Assembly: GCF_006345805.1 (NCBI RefSeq)
Contig: NC_042998.1
Span: 41,850,001-41,914,000 of the forward strand
DNA: 64,000 nt
Reading direction: 5' to 3'
From: Octopus sinensis
Taxonomy: Eukaryota
In this document: positions 62,599 through 64,000 of the stretch, piece by piece
How positions within the stretch are numbered: position 1 is the first letter of the stretch
Layout of the letters: each line of letters begins with the position of its first letter
Made by a program: the position numbers and the translations under genes
Notes under the pieces: generated by a model
The model's database searches: none
What the model saw: the letters and a program-made list of their open reading frames with translations, nothing else
Told to the model about the DNA's origin: nothing

Positions 62599-63084
62599 CC
62601 TTCAAGCTTTTCTGCCCATTACCAGATTTATATGTACTTTGAGGACCAATCACAAAAAAGAATTATTCCATGTTCTTTCAAAAGTTTGTGAATTCCTTTG
62701 ACATTAACAAGGTGCACAATGTAAGAGTGCCCCTTTTATGCAGGTCTGAGGAATTGCCACTCTAATGTTTAAAACCATAAATATTGTGTAAATTTTCACT
62801 TTGAATTTTTGTGTGAACTGGCATTGAAATTAGATTTGGTTCTGAAATAATTGTAACTGATTATTAAAGATGTGGTAAAGTCTTTATTTGTCTTTGTCTT
62901 GTATTTGGATTATATTTTACTCTTTACCAAACTTACACAACAGTTTTACCATAGTGATACCAGGATTTTCTACACCTGAAGAATTTTGATATTCATCTGG
63001 AACTGTGTTGATAGTCAAGAGCTTAGGTTGAGTGCTGCATTGGAAATACCCTATCTTTCTACACTATTAGGACCGTTATATATA

Positions 63085-63320
63085 TCATCATCTTATATAT
63101 CATGTTTTTTGTCCATTTATCCATGCTTGCATGGGTCATATGGAATTTGTTGAGGTAGATCTTCTTTGGGCATATCCCCTTCCTGCCACCAACCCTCATC
63201 TATTTTCAAGTAAGGTAATAATGTCCTAGCCTATCGAACACTGAAACAGCCTGGACATAGTTATGAGCCTCTTTTGTTTAGTAAGATTGCACATGTCAAG
63301 ACATGTTAAAAAGTCCAAAC
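63085..63320 (-). mobile_element. RTE-tailed repeat family C
   Basis: ccatgcttgcatgggtcatatggaatttgttgagg ... caagtaaggtaata. Confidence 0.7.
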
Positions 63321-64000
63321 ATGTTTTTGTGATTGACTATCATCATCTGTCTATGAGTGGAGAGGTGGTAGGTGTACTTGGGGCTAGGCACTTGCTTCTG
63401 AAAACAGACCAGGCTCAGCACAGGTAGTTCAGTTACTCTCTTTGCAATACTGTCAGCTGCAGTGGAAAAAAGTCAACCATTATATATATGTGTATATATA
63501 TATGTATATTTATATATATATATATGTATATCTCTATCTATCTATCTATAGATATCTATATATATATATGTATATCTCTATCTATCTATCTACACACACA
63601 CACACACACACATCATATATGTATTATATATGTGTGTGTGTGAATGTGTATATTTATATGATGTGTACATAAACTATGGAAAATAATTGTGTTGGTGAGG
63701 ATGTTATGCAATATATTACATACAGTACATATATTACATGCATCGTATTCATATCTATCTATATATTACATAGATAGATATATCAAGTTTTGATTTTGTC
63801 ACTTATTTTGCCAGTGAATTTGTTAACAAAATTTTTCCCATTATACACCCCAAAACATTTTTATCATAAAAAGGGGGGATTTATAAGTAATTAGTGTAGC
63901 AGCCATTGATCAAATGCTGTAATTATCTTACAGCTTTTAAAGCCTATTACTGTGTAAATTTTAAACAGATGTTAGTAGATTTTGTTATTTTTTTTTGCAC

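Noticed and set aside
62476-62691. 71-aa plus ORF
   Set aside because: No motif or splice support; it overlaps the tRNA-like element on the opposite strand.

Overview
AT-rich eukaryotic DNA dense in microsatellites and interspersed repeats. The repeat set resembles a cephalopod (octopus-like) genome; this is an inference from remembered repeat families and was not confirmed by any search. No complete host gene can be read, and most ORF-track entries are translated microsatellites or antisense frames of repeats. Recognisable content: (1) a young, 5'-truncated RTE LINE (1-3532, minus) with a PHD-type finger inside ORF2 and a 62-bp tandem array in its 3'UTR, plus many short copies of its tail; (2) CR1/L2-type LINE fragments; (3) Penelope-like element (PLE) remnants, including a near-complete hammerhead ribozyme and three fold-back structures whose junctions fall on hammerhead motifs; (4) an R4/Dong-like element that appears internally deleted; (5) three tRNA-derived SINE families, one RTE-tailed family and TTAA-flanked MITEs; (6) tentative host features: a microexon pair near 5.8-5.9 kb, a decayed EF-hand sequence near 4 kb, a CpG-rich promoter-like patch near 20.4 kb and scattered weak exon candidates. 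The best candidate for something new is the set of hammerhead-centred palindromes. All alignments and counts were done by eye, and many repeat boundaries are approximate.
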